Source: a virus | Lineage: Duplodnaviria > Caudoviricetes | Direction: 5' to 3' (one strand) | Length of the DNA stretch: 64,000 bases | Virus record (IMG/VR): IMGVR_UViG_2917791510_000001 | Coordinates: 1 to 64,000 of that record | Shown: positions 46,009 through 54,664 of the stretch, in pieces | How the letters are laid out: the number at the start of each line of letters is the position of its first letter | How positions within the stretch are numbered: the first letter of the stretch is position 1 | The notes under the pieces: model-generated | What the model saw: only the letters and a program-made list of their open reading frames with translations | What the model was told of the DNA's origin: nothing | Database searches by the model: none | Made by a program: the position numbers and the translations under genes

Positions 46009-46949
46009 CATCCATACCCGGCGTGGACTACGCCTGGTCGCACCCGGGCGGGGCGGCGCTGAAGGCGGCGGGCAAGGAGTTCGCGTGCCGCTACCTCAGC
46101 CCGGACTCGTCCAAGAACCTGACCAAGGCCGAGGCCGCCGACCTCGCCGCGCACGGCATCTGGGCCGTGGTGGTGTGGGAGGGAACGGCCGCACGGGCCA
46201 AGGCCGGCATGCCCGCCGGTGTCGCCGACGCCAAGACGGCCTCGGTCCAGGCAGCCACGGCGGGCATGCCGAGCAGCAGGCCCATCTACTTCGCCGTGGA
46301 CTTCGACGCCACCGAGGCGGACCAGACGTACATCAACGCCTATCTGGACGGCGCCGCGTCCGTCATCGGCCGGGACCGGGTCGGCATCTACGGCGGTTTC
46401 TACTCCGTCAAGCGCGCCCTGGACGGGGGTCACGCGAAGTGGGCGTGGCAGACCATCGCCTGGTCCGGCGGGCAGTGGGATTCCCGCGCCGTCATCCGGC
46501 AGGGCGCGCAGGCCACCATCGGCGGAGTCTCCTGCGACCTGAACGTGGCGACCGCCGACGACTACGGGCAGTGGATGCCCGGCAAGACACCTACACCCGT
46601 GGAGGTAGACGTGCCACTCACGAAGGCCGACCTGGTCACACTGGCCAAGACAGACGACGTCATCGGCGCGCCCGACGCAGCGGGCACGCCCGCCGGAAAC
46701 ACTTCCTGGACCCTGGAGTCGTACCTCCGGTACGGCTTCCTCCAGGACCGGGAGACCCATGATCTGGTCAAGGCGATGGCGACGAAGGTCGACGCGCAGG
46801 GCCAGACCATCGCCAAGCTGGTGCAGGCTGTGGCCACGCTCTCGGCGAACGTCGGCCACATCGACCCGGCGGCGATCGTCGCCGAACTGACGCAGGCCAT
46901 CGAGTCCATCACCGTGCATCTGGACGTGCCGCCCGCGCCGACTCCCTGA
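46005..46949 (+). CDS. Endolysin, DUF1906/Rv2525c-like glycoside hydrolase
   Basis: GVDYAW, CRYLS, VWE, IYFAVDFD, GIYG, WQTIAWS. Confidence 0.85.
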   Translation: MTSIPGVDYAWSHPGGAALKAAGKEFACRYLSPDSSKNLTKAEAADLAAHGIWAVVVWEGTAARAKAGMPAGVADAKTASVQAATAGMPSSRPIYFAVDFDATEADQTYINAYLDGAASVIGRDRVGIYGGFYSVKRALDGGHAKWAWQTIAWSGGQWDSRAVIRQGAQATIGGVSCDLNVATADDYGQWMPGKTPTPVEVDVPLTKADLVTLAKTDDVIGAPDAAGTPAGNTSWTLESYLRYGFLQDRETHDLVKAMATKVDAQGQTIAKLVQAVATLSANVGHIDPAAIVAELTQAIESITVHLDVPPAPTP

Positions 46950-47019
46950 CCTGCCCCACCGAAGGCGCCGTGCCCTGCGTCAACGGGGTACGGCGTCTTC
47001 GCCGTGTTCGCCGGACCGC

Positions 47020-47041
47020 TGTCGGTGGTGACCGATAGCGT
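47020..47041 (+). promoter_or_regulatory. RecA-NDp/PafBC-like promoter TGTCGGTG-N8-TAGCGT (leaderless gene)
   Basis: Matches TGTCRGTG-N8-TAnnnT; 7 nt before ATG 47049. Confidence 0.65.
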
Positions 47042-47048
47042 GCTGCGC

Positions 47049-47651
47049 ATGACGACCAAGTGGACTGACCAGCGCCTGGTGCGCTTGGACCGGACGTACG
47101 ACCACGAGCAGGCCAGCGACGGGTTCTCCCGGTTCGGTCAGTATTTGAAGCTGAACGCCAACCTGTTCCGCGATGCCTGGCAGGACGAGCCCGCCCCGGT
47201 CAAGGACCCGGCAGAGTTCGCCGCTCACGCCTGGCGGGTGGCGACCGCGCCTGTGATGGCCCCCGGTTACGTCCGGTGGCGGCCGGACCTGCACGGCGTC
47301 ACTCTGCACCGGGACGACTACGACGGAGCCCTGTACGCCGAGATCCGGGTTCCCCTTCAGCACCACTACCTGCACGTAGGTGACAAGAGGCTTCCGTACA
47401 CCTGGCAGGACTGGGAGCGGGAACGGTACGACGACCCGTTCACGGACCTGGAGGAGCCCCGCGACCCCAAGCGCCCGACCGTCCTGGCGTCGGCGGTCGT
47501 CCGTGTGCCGGGCCGGGAGTGGACCGGGCTGGTCACCCCGTCCGCCTACGAGGGCCGCAGGCTCACCAACGAGGCCATGGAGGCCGTGTCCATCGCGGTG
47601 CAGCACATCAACCGTGACGCAGGTCCGATCGTGGCACGCCTGCTGAGTTGA
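47049..47651 (+). CDS. Hypothetical protein
   Basis: GC3-rich ORF; leaderless start inferred. Confidence 0.7.
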   Translation: MTTKWTDQRLVRLDRTYDHEQASDGFSRFGQYLKLNANLFRDAWQDEPAPVKDPAEFAAHAWRVATAPVMAPGYVRWRPDLHGVTLHRDDYDGALYAEIRVPLQHHYLHVGDKRLPYTWQDWERERYDDPFTDLEEPRDPKRPTVLASAVVRVPGREWTGLVTPSAYEGRRLTNEAMEAVSIAVQHINRDAGPIVARLLS

Positions 47652-47659
47652 GCCACGTC

Positions 47660-47681
47660 TGTCAGTGGCAGCCGATAGCCT
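47660..47681 (+). promoter_or_regulatory. RecA-NDp/PafBC-like promoter TGTCAGTG-N8-TAGCCT (leaderless gene)
   Basis: Same geometry; 7 nt before ATG 47689. Confidence 0.65.
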
Positions 47682-47688
47682 GCGGGGC

Positions 47689-48264
47689 ATGACGACCGAG
47701 GAACCCCGGGGCGCACGTACCCACGCCATCCCGCTGCCGCAGGCCCGCCAGGTCAAACGGGCCATCAACTCCCTGGACACCGAGCTGGGGATCAGTCGGC
47801 CTCCCGGCGCCCAGCATCCGATGGGGGACCGGGGCTACGCGGCTCAGTACCTCGGGATGCTGAAGGCGATCGTTGCGCAGATGGAGGAAGGCCTGCGCGG
47901 CGGCCCGTTGCAGACCGACGTGCAGAAGGGGTGGTTCGGAGCCTACGAACGAGACCTTCCGTCGATGTTCGCCAACACCGCCGCGCAGCTCCGGGACCTG
48001 TCGGAGTTCGCCCGGCAGGGCATCATGCAGGCGCCGCAGGCCTCGCAGCAGATGGCCGTGGCGACGACCGCCCTGCTCGCCGCGTCGCGGGCCTTCGCCG
48101 CTGCTGCGGAGATCACCGTCGGCCCCGGCTCGCCCGACTTCCACGAGGGCGAGGTGATCCGGCTCTCCGAGGAGATGTACGCGGCGGCCGACATGCTTAC
48201 CGACTATGTGGCGAAGAAGCGGGCCGAGTTCGGCGAGGGTGTTGCGGACACGGCCAATGAATGA
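47689..48264 (+). CDS. Hypothetical helical protein
   Basis: GC3-rich ORF; leaderless start inferred. Confidence 0.65.
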   Translation: MTTEEPRGARTHAIPLPQARQVKRAINSLDTELGISRPPGAQHPMGDRGYAAQYLGMLKAIVAQMEEGLRGGPLQTDVQKGWFGAYERDLPSMFANTAAQLRDLSEFARQGIMQAPQASQQMAVATTALLAASRAFAAAAEITVGPGSPDFHEGEVIRLSEEMYAAADMLTDYVAKKRAEFGEGVADTANE

Positions 48265-48298
48265 TTTAATCAAATCAAGAACAGCGACCAAGGAAGGA

Positions 48299-48493
48299 AT
48301 GACCCTGCGAGAAGACGCAGCAATCGTGCGTGCTCAGGAAGTCTGGCCAGAAGCGGAAGGTTTCGAGCCCGCCCCCGGCGGCTGGACGTTCAGGGTTGGC
48401 GGCGGCTACGCCTGGGTCACGAACTCTGGCATCGTGTCCCCCGACCCCGAGGGCCTTCGGAGTCATGCACGTCAGCGTCTGGCAGTTCACTGA
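48299..48493 (+). CDS. Hypothetical early protein
   Basis: Promoter/operator at 48242-48277, GACCAAGGAA. Confidence 0.6.
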   Translation: MTLREDAAIVRAQEVWPEAEGFEPAPGGWTFRVGGGYAWVTNSGIVSPDPEGLRSHARQRLAVH

Positions 48494-48783
48494 TGAGCGC
48501 CCTGGAGCTTCGTGCGTACATCACCAGGGATGACTCGGACCAGCAGCTCCGCGTGACCGTCCATGAGGACTGTTCGCTCTACAGCCGAGGCGTTCCCAAC
48601 TGGACCCTGTCCTGGGCGTTCCCGATCGTGGACGATGGGGTGGACCACCTGTTCGGCTCGCAGTCCGAGAAGCCGTTCGAGGAGGCCGACCGCATCCTGG
48701 CCGAGCACGGCTGGACTCGCGAGGGCCGTTGGGCCGTTGGCGACGTCGTCACCGGCACGTACGCGCGCATCGCTCGCGCCTGA
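48493..48783 (+). CDS. Hypothetical protein
   Basis: TGATG coupling; terminator at 48793. Confidence 0.65.
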   Translation: MSALELRAYITRDDSDQQLRVTVHEDCSLYSRGVPNWTLSWAFPIVDDGVDHLFGSQSEKPFEEADRILAEHGWTREGRWAVGDVVTGTYARIARA

Positions 48784-48833
48784 CCACGCATCACGAAGCC
48801 CCGGAACCGCCTGGGTTCCGGGGCTTCGTCGCG

Positions 48834-49934
48834 TCACAGGAACCGGTCCACCAAACCCTCGTAGACCTTCACGGCCGCCGCCGCGTGCCGGCGCTTGAGC
48901 GCTTCGTCGTCCCGGCGCCGGATGTAGCGCATCGTCGTGGCGATGTGGGAGTGGTCGGCGTACCGGCGGATGTCGTCCACCGTGGGCTTCCCGTCGTTCG
49001 ACGCCTGGCCCTCGTCGTACATGTGCGTCAGCTTGGAGGCGCGCAGCACGTGCGGGGTGAGGTCCCGGCCGGGGAGCACACCGGCCTCACGGCCGAGGCG
49101 GTTCAGCAGCCGGTCCACAGCGTGCCGGTCCATCGCCCGGCCGTCGTCGTCCAGGAACAGCGGCCCGGAGGTGCGCCCCTCCCAGCACCGGGCGCCCAGC
49201 TCGCACAGCAGCGGCGGCAGAGTGAACTTCCGGCCCTTGCCGCCCTTGCGGGTCAGGTCCAGCTTGCACTCCCCGCCGACGGACGTCAGGTGGTGCATGC
49301 CGGCGGCGCAGCACTCGGAGACACGGCCGGCCAGCGTGTAGATGAGCACGGGCACGAACGCCTGCCGTGCCGTGGCCGCCTGCTCCACCACGGCCTGAAA
49401 CTCCGGGACCTCGAGGACCGGCGTCATCGCCGTCTCGTCGTCCTGGTCGATCCTCGGCCGGTCGTACTTGGTGACCGGGTTGATGATGTCCAGCCGGGTG
49501 CGGAACCTGGTGTACTCGATGAGCGAAGTCAGGCTGGACGCCAGGCGGTTGACCCGTCGCGCGCCGAGGCCGATGTCATCGGTCCACGCCCGCCACGCCG
49601 GGATCACGTCGGACGTGATGGCTCCGAGGTACCACGGCTCCGTGCCCGCCAGCTCCCGGCCGGCGCGAGCCCAGTGCCGCACGTCGTCCGCGTACTCGCG
49701 CCGCGTGCCGTCGGACGTCAGCCGCTCGGAGGACAGCCACCCGCAGACGTGCTCGAACGTCTGCGCCTCGCACAGCTCGTGCAGCAGGTCCAGGCGGTGC
49801 ACGCGCGGGCCGAGGCGCCGGGTCCTCGGGTCGCGGGGCGCGACGGTGCCCAGCCGCTCGCGCAGGCGCATCACCGTGCGCAGGGCCGGGTCGTCGGTGG
49901 CGAGCGTTCCGTGTTCCGTGGTCGTGAGGGTCAC
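48834..49934 (-). CDS. Tyrosine recombinase (integrase or XerC/D-like resolvase)
   Basis: GRVSE, RKGGK, TPHVLR, ADHS, TTMRY catalytic set; GTGA overlap start. Confidence 0.9.
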   Translation of the reverse strand: MTLTTTEHGTLATDDPALRTVMRLRERLGTVAPRDPRTRRLGPRVHRLDLLHELCEAQTFEHVCGWLSSERLTSDGTRREYADDVRHWARAGRELAGTEPWYLGAITSDVIPAWRAWTDDIGLGARRVNRLASSLTSLIEYTRFRTRLDIINPVTKYDRPRIDQDDETAMTPVLEVPEFQAVVEQAATARQAFVPVLIYTLAGRVSECCAAGMHHLTSVGGECKLDLTRKGGKGRKFTLPPLLCELGARCWEGRTSGPLFLDDDGRAMDRHAVDRLLNRLGREAGVLPGRDLTPHVLRASKLTHMYDEGQASNDGKPTVDDIRRYADHSHIATTMRYIRRRDDEALKRRHAAAAVKVYEGLVDRFL

Positions 49935-50113
49935 GGCTGAGGAGCCTCCCCGCGCTCGGCGTGCCGCTGCTCGCACCCTTCGCTGTGCTGATGAATCTCG
50001 TACCGCCCTTCAGCGGCCACGGCGCACTCGGCACAGCAGTACGCGACGTGCGGTTTCACCTGCCGGAAGCAGTCCGGCTTGTCGCATTCCTTCAGCATCC
50101 ACGAGAGGATCAC
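49931..50113 (-). CDS. Small Cys/His-rich protein
   Basis: C...DC..YCC..C..H..H...C; coupled to the recombinase; start could be 50098. Confidence 0.5.
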   Translation of the reverse strand: MILSWMLKECDKPDCFRQVKPHVAYCCAECAVAAEGRYEIHQHSEGCEQRHAERGEAPQP

Positions 50114-50316
50114 GGCTGGCCTCCCGAGTCATCGGCCCGGAGAACGGCGCTGAACTGCCGTAGACCGATGATGGCCGCCGCGACGGTGCCCGGCTTCGGC
50201 TGTACGCCGAACAGTTCATACTCCAGGACCGCGATGCGAGTGTGGTCCGGACGCGGAGCCGGCGACGCGGGGCGTGTACGGCGGGACCAGAGTCTCATGC
50301 GCACACGATGCCACAT
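50110..50316 (-). CDS. Hypothetical protein (PDHTRIAVLEYELFG)
   Basis: Coupled to the downstream gene; start uncertain. Confidence 0.45.
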   Translation of the reverse strand: MWHRVRMRLWSRRTRPASPAPRPDHTRIAVLEYELFGVQPKPGTVAAAIIGLRQFSAVLRADDSGGQP

Positions 50317-50437
50317 CCCAAGATCATTTAGAACACAAAGCGTGTGTTTTGAGCGGCCATGTTTTGCGCTTCTCCCAGAGCGATTCTGCGAGAACGACGA
50401 AGCCCCGGGACACCGCGTCCCGGGGCTTCGTCATGCC

Positions 50438-51103
50438 CTATGTCCGCGCCCGCACGATCAGCGTGCCCGGGTCCCCGGCGGCCGGGCTGGGCAGTACCTC
50501 CGCACGCACGTCGGTGAAGTTGTGCCGCTTGAGGATCCCCGCCCACTGCTCGGCGCTGTACTGCCAGCGGTGGACGACCAGTTCCGACTCGCGGCCCTCA
50601 AGCCACTTGCCGCCCATCTGCTGCGCCCCGTACTCGTCGCCGGCCGGCTCGCGGTGGGAGAACGCGAACACCCCGCCGGGCGCAAGGCGCCTGATGACGA
50701 GCGGGAACAGGCGCTCGGGGTCGGTGAACCAGACCGCGCCCCATGTCGAGTAGACGGCGTCCCACTGCCACGCGTCGTTGTCGAGGAACGCGCACGCCTC
50801 CGCCAGCACGAACTCCAGGCCGTCGGTGCCCTCCCACAGCGCACGGGCCCGTCTGACCTGGACCTCGGAGAAGTCGACGGCCGTCACCTGCACGCCGTGG
50901 CGGACCAGGAACGCGGCGTTCTCGCCTTCTGCCGGGCCGAGGTCCAGCGCAGTCTTCGGGTCGCCCAGCAGCTCCGCTCCGGGCCCGTGCCCGGGGATGC
51001 CGGTCCAGTCGAACCGGTCTGCCGCCGGCCGTGGCTGCGGCCCGTCTCCCCGGTGGGGCTTGTACGTGTCCCAGTACTCGGCGGCGGTCGTGGGTGCGGG
51101 CAT
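50438..51103 (-). CDS. Class I SAM-dependent methyltransferase
   Basis: ALDLGPAEG, VTAVDFS, WDAVYS, RLAPGGVF; SD GGAGG. Confidence 0.85.
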   Translation of the reverse strand: MPAPTTAAEYWDTYKPHRGDGPQPRPAADRFDWTGIPGHGPGAELLGDPKTALDLGPAEGENAAFLVRHGVQVTAVDFSEVQVRRARALWEGTDGLEFVLAEACAFLDNDAWQWDAVYSTWGAVWFTDPERLFPLVIRRLAPGGVFAFSHREPAGDEYGAQQMGGKWLEGRESELVVHRWQYSAEQWAGILKRHNFTDVRAEVLPSPAAGDPGTLIVRART

Positions 51104-51249
51104 CGGGGCCTCCAGTGACGGTGGTGGGCGTCAGAGGCGTCAAGCTACCCGTCTGTCACTCGGGGCATGTGGGAAGACCGGAATTGGCCCCAATGAGTGC
51201 AAAAGAGCCCGAAACCACCTTCATGGCGGTCCCGGGCTCTTCGCGGGTG

Positions 51250-51714
51250 TCAGTGGCAGTTCGAACCGGGGTGGCACGGCCCGCACTTGCCGAAGTCGGC
51301 CTCCCACAGCGACCAGTCCACCGGGAATCCGGCATCGGCGAGTATGTGCGCGGTGCGCTCGACGCTGCCGTCGTTCTTGAACGCGATCTCCGGGATGTGC
51401 TCGAGGAACTTCCCGTTGAAGTGCTCGGCACAGAACTCGCGGTAGTTCCGGGTGTCGAGGATGAACGTGTGGACGGCGATGTCGACGATCCGCCCGGCGC
51501 ACATCTCCAGCCGCTGGCCCCAGCGCTCCATGGCCGTGATGAGGTAGGAGACGGCCTGGCCGAACAGCCTCTCCGCCATCACCTTGTCGAACGGGTAGTC
51601 ACGCATGAGCAGGGTGACCTCGCGGTCCCACACCTCGGGGCTGACGTAGTCACGCGGGCTGCGCGTGGCCTCGTAGTCCTCGGGGTTCTTCTGGACGATC
51701 GCCGGTGCTGTCAT
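51250..51714 (-). CDS. Conserved helical protein, glycine-rich-domain (GRDP)-like family
   Basis: VDIAVHTFILDT..YREFC...FLEH motif; C-terminal CGPC...CH. Confidence 0.65.
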   Translation of the reverse strand: MTAPAIVQKNPEDYEATRSPRDYVSPEVWDREVTLLMRDYPFDKVMAERLFGQAVSYLITAMERWGQRLEMCAGRIVDIAVHTFILDTRNYREFCAEHFNGKFLEHIPEIAFKNDGSVERTAHILADAGFPVDWSLWEADFGKCGPCHPGSNCH

Positions 51715-52038
51715 GGTGCCCTCGATTCTGGCGGTTCAGGGTCCCGCCGGTGGCCTGTTGTGGGGTGCGTGCGGTCCGGCCGCGTCCGGCTACATCACGA
51801 ACAGCGGTCGGTACAGCGCGAGTTGGGGACGACGTCCCTCAGACAATCGTCCCTCCGCACCCGGCGCACGACAAGGGCGGAAACGGGGCGCACAGGGCAC
51901 AGTGGGGCGCTCCCTATGATACCCCGTCAAATCATAGGAATTTGTCCAACCGGCCTTCGCGGGCGCACTCGCTGACCGCAGACACGACGAAGCCCCGGAG
52001 CCACCACGCCCCGGGGCTTCGCTGCTGAGCCCGACCCG

Positions 52039-52419
52039 TCACACCGGCCAGTGCCGTCCGGTGGCCGGACCGAACGCGGCGGCGTAGGCCTGGTGGAGGT
52101 AGTCGCCCGGCTCCCACCGGGACCCCTCGGCCCCGTAGACGACGGCATGGCCGGCCCGCTCGATGACGCCGGTCAACTCCGAGAACTGGGAGACGAGCAG
52201 CCGCGCGGTGAGTTCCACGACCGCCGGCGCCGGGAGGGCCGCCGCGCCCTCGTCCTTGGTCTCCGCCAGCACGGCCGCCCGAATGGCGAGCACCCGCACC
52301 GCGTCCTCGGCGCAGCCTGCCACGTCGGGCATCTCCGGATCGGCCGTCCAGGCGGAGAGGATCCGGGCGGCGCGGCGGGCGGTCTCAACGGTGGCGGGCA
52401 GAGCGAGGGTCGCAGGCAT
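52039..52419 (-). CDS. Hypothetical protein divergent from the XRE regulator
   Basis: SD GGAGG; ends at hairpin 51988. Confidence 0.6.
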   Translation of the reverse strand: MPATLALPATVETARRAARILSAWTADPEMPDVAGCAEDAVRVLAIRAAVLAETKDEGAAALPAPAVVELTARLLVSQFSELTGVIERAGHAVVYGAEGSRWEPGDYLHQAYAAAFGPATGRHWPV

Positions 52420-52540
52420 GTCGTCCTCCGGGTGTCGGCTGGCTACGGGTACACCCTGCCCCGTGCCCAGGGGTGTCGTCGGCGCCCTAACGGGGTGTCA
52501 TTCCGGTGTCATTCCAAGCCCGTTCGGGTACACCACCGAT

Positions 52541-53251
52541 ATGGCTACCTCACCGAATCTGGCTCTGCGCGCGGTGCGCGAGGGCCTTCTGCTGAGTCAA
52601 GAAGAGCTGGCCCGTGCGCTCCAGCGGGCTGGGGCGTCCACCGCGTCCAAGCGGCTGGTGCAGCGCTGGGAGCACGGGGACATCGCCTGCCCGCAGGCGG
52701 CCCACCGCCGCGCCCTGGAGCGGGTCACCCGCCGGTCCGCCGAAGAACTGGGCTTCAGCGTCTCCGGGGCCGACGACGGAGGACTACCCACGAGCCCGGC
52801 AGAGCAGCCGGCCGCACCGCTGCACAGCCTGTCCGGCGTGTGGCTGTCCCGGTATGAGTACCCGTCGTCCGGCCGGGGTGCGACTCTCACCGGACTGCAC
52901 TACGTCGTGCTGCTCCAGCACGGGTCCCGGCTGACCGTGCAGTCCCTGCCCGGGGCGTCCCTGAACCCGGACTCGCCGCTGTCCATGGACCTCACCGTGG
53001 ACGGGGTGACCGTCACCGGGGCATGGACCGAGCAGACCGCCAAGGACGGCTACTACAAGGGCGCCCGGTATCACGGTGCGATTCAGCTCCTCGTGGACCC
53101 GACCGGCCGACGCCTGGAAGGCATGTGGGTGGGGTTCGGCAAGGACTTCAGCATGAACACCGGCCCGTGGTCCCTGTCCTTCCGCACCGCCAACCGGTCC
53201 CGGCAGTCCCTCGCCCAGTTCCACCGACCGCCCGCCTCCGATGAACGCTGA
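52541..53251 (+). CDS. XRE-family HTH regulator with a beta-rich C-terminal domain
   Basis: LRAVR..LLLSQEELARAL..VQRWEHG; GGTGTC repeats at 52471-52511 upstream. Confidence 0.8.
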   Translation: MATSPNLALRAVREGLLLSQEELARALQRAGASTASKRLVQRWEHGDIACPQAAHRRALERVTRRSAEELGFSVSGADDGGLPTSPAEQPAAPLHSLSGVWLSRYEYPSSGRGATLTGLHYVVLLQHGSRLTVQSLPGASLNPDSPLSMDLTVDGVTVTGAWTEQTAKDGYYKGARYHGAIQLLVDPTGRRLEGMWVGFGKDFSMNTGPWSLSFRTANRSRQSLAQFHRPPASDER

Positions 53252-53267
53252 TGGGAGGATGTGACCC

Positions 53268-53657
53268 ATGAAACCCCTGGACGTACGGCCCGACATCGAC
53301 GCGGCAACCGCAGCCCTGCCCAGCGCTCTCGGCGCCAAGCGAGAGATCCGCAAGCTCCCCGGGGTGCTGTGGGAGGGCGAGACGGTGGAGCGCCTGGCCA
53401 TAGGCCAGTACGGCGGCGGGCAGGGTCTGGTCGCCATGACGGACAAGCGGCTGCTGTTCTTCAAGCACGGGTTCCTGTCCCAGACGCTCGAAGACTTCCC
53501 GTACAACAGGATCAGCTCTGTGCAGTGGAGCGCCGGCCCGCTCATGGGCACGCTGACCGTCTTCACCTCGGGCAACCGAGCTGAGATCAAGTCCATGCCG
53601 AAGGACCCCGGCAAGACCCTGGCCGACAAGCTGCGCGCCCGCCTCGCCGGGATGTGA
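53268..53657 (+). CDS. Bacterial PH-domain protein
   Basis: L.EGETV..A.G..G..AMTDKRLLF..PY..ISSV. Confidence 0.75.
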   Translation: MKPLDVRPDIDAATAALPSALGAKREIRKLPGVLWEGETVERLAIGQYGGGQGLVAMTDKRLLFFKHGFLSQTLEDFPYNRISSVQWSAGPLMGTLTVFTSGNRAEIKSMPKDPGKTLADKLRARLAGM

Positions 53658-53853
53658 GCCGGCCCATAAGCCCCGGAACCGTGAGGCTCCGGGGCTTAGT
53701 TGTGCGAGTTGGTGCGAACACGCATCGGACGTACAGTGCGGCACGCGAGCCCCAAGACTTCCTCGGGTCGTGGGTGCGCAGGGGTGCGAGAGTCCCGCCG
53801 TTCGTGGTGGCCGGCGGGGCTCTCGCGCGAACGGCTACCGGTGGGAGGGCTGA

Positions 53854-54585
53854 ATGCCCCGGGACTGGCTGCTGCGGCAGAACAGCGAGCTTCGCCGCGA
53901 GGGGATCTTCAACTGGTCGTTGCCCGCGTGGGCAGGCCGGCTGCCGGACGGCCGGACGTACAACACGTGCCCCTCGGCGGGGGCCTGCGCCAAGATCTGT
54001 TACGCGAGGTCGGGGACCTACCGCTTCCGGAACGTCCTCGCCGCGCACGAGCGCAACCTGATGATGGTCCTGGACGACCTGCCCGGCTGGGAACGCCGGA
54101 TGACCGGGGAACTGGCCCACCGGCGGTACGCCGACCGGCACGTGCGCATACACGATTCCGGAGACTTCCTGAGCCCGGAGTACCTGGACGCCTGGCTGCG
54201 CATCATGCGCGCCACCCCGGCGACCACGTTCTACGCGTACACCAAGGAAATCGCTCTGTTCAAGGCCCGGGTGGAACCGGACCCGCCTGCCAATTTCAAG
54301 TGGGTCTACTCGCTCGGGGGCACCCAGGACCACCTCGTCGACAAGGACTCCGATCGGCACGCCGACGTCTTTCCCGACGACGAGTCCATGGAAGCCGCCG
54401 GGTACACCAGCCAGAACGAGTCCGACCTGCTCGCCGTCTACGGCCCACCGAAGGTCGGGATCCCGTCCAACAACATCAGGCACCTCCGCCGGATCCAGGG
54501 AGCGGCCAGCTTCGGCGAGTTGCAGGAGCAGCGGGACAACCGGCGACGCGGCCCCGGCAAGCAGTACCGGACCGACCGCCCGTAG
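53854..54585 (+). CDS. Phage Gp88-like protein (Cys-cluster, radical-SAM-like)
   Basis: TCPSAGACAKICYA, VRIHDSGDF, FYAYTK, SLGG. Confidence 0.7.
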   Translation: MPRDWLLRQNSELRREGIFNWSLPAWAGRLPDGRTYNTCPSAGACAKICYARSGTYRFRNVLAAHERNLMMVLDDLPGWERRMTGELAHRRYADRHVRIHDSGDFLSPEYLDAWLRIMRATPATTFYAYTKEIALFKARVEPDPPANFKWVYSLGGTQDHLVDKDSDRHADVFPDDESMEAAGYTSQNESDLLAVYGPPKVGIPSNNIRHLRRIQGAASFGELQEQRDNRRRGPGKQYRTDRP

Positions 54586-54664
54586 CGTCCTCGTTCGCCG
54601 TGAAAACGGCTATTCGGATGATCGCGGCTACCATGCCCCCGGATCCGAACCGGGGAGGTATGCC

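Noticed and set aside
48780-50440. attP/attL site beside the tyrosine recombinase
   Set aside because: No core repeat, arm-type repeats or host junction could be found, and phage genes continue on both sides.
50438-51103. DNA methyltransferase or restriction-modification system
   Set aside because: It lacks DPPY/NPPY or PCQ catalytic motifs and looks like a small-molecule or protein methyltransferase.
51248-51270. Additional RecA-NDp promoter at TGTCAGTG (also near 7172)
   Set aside because: There is no TAnnnT at the 8-nt spacing and no downstream gene in that orientation.
53854-54585. Complete DNA hypermodification pathway (7-deazaguanine or Z-base)
   Set aside because: No queC, queD, queE, folE, dpdA or purZ homologs were recognised in the window; Gp88-like and ParB-like genes alone are insufficient.
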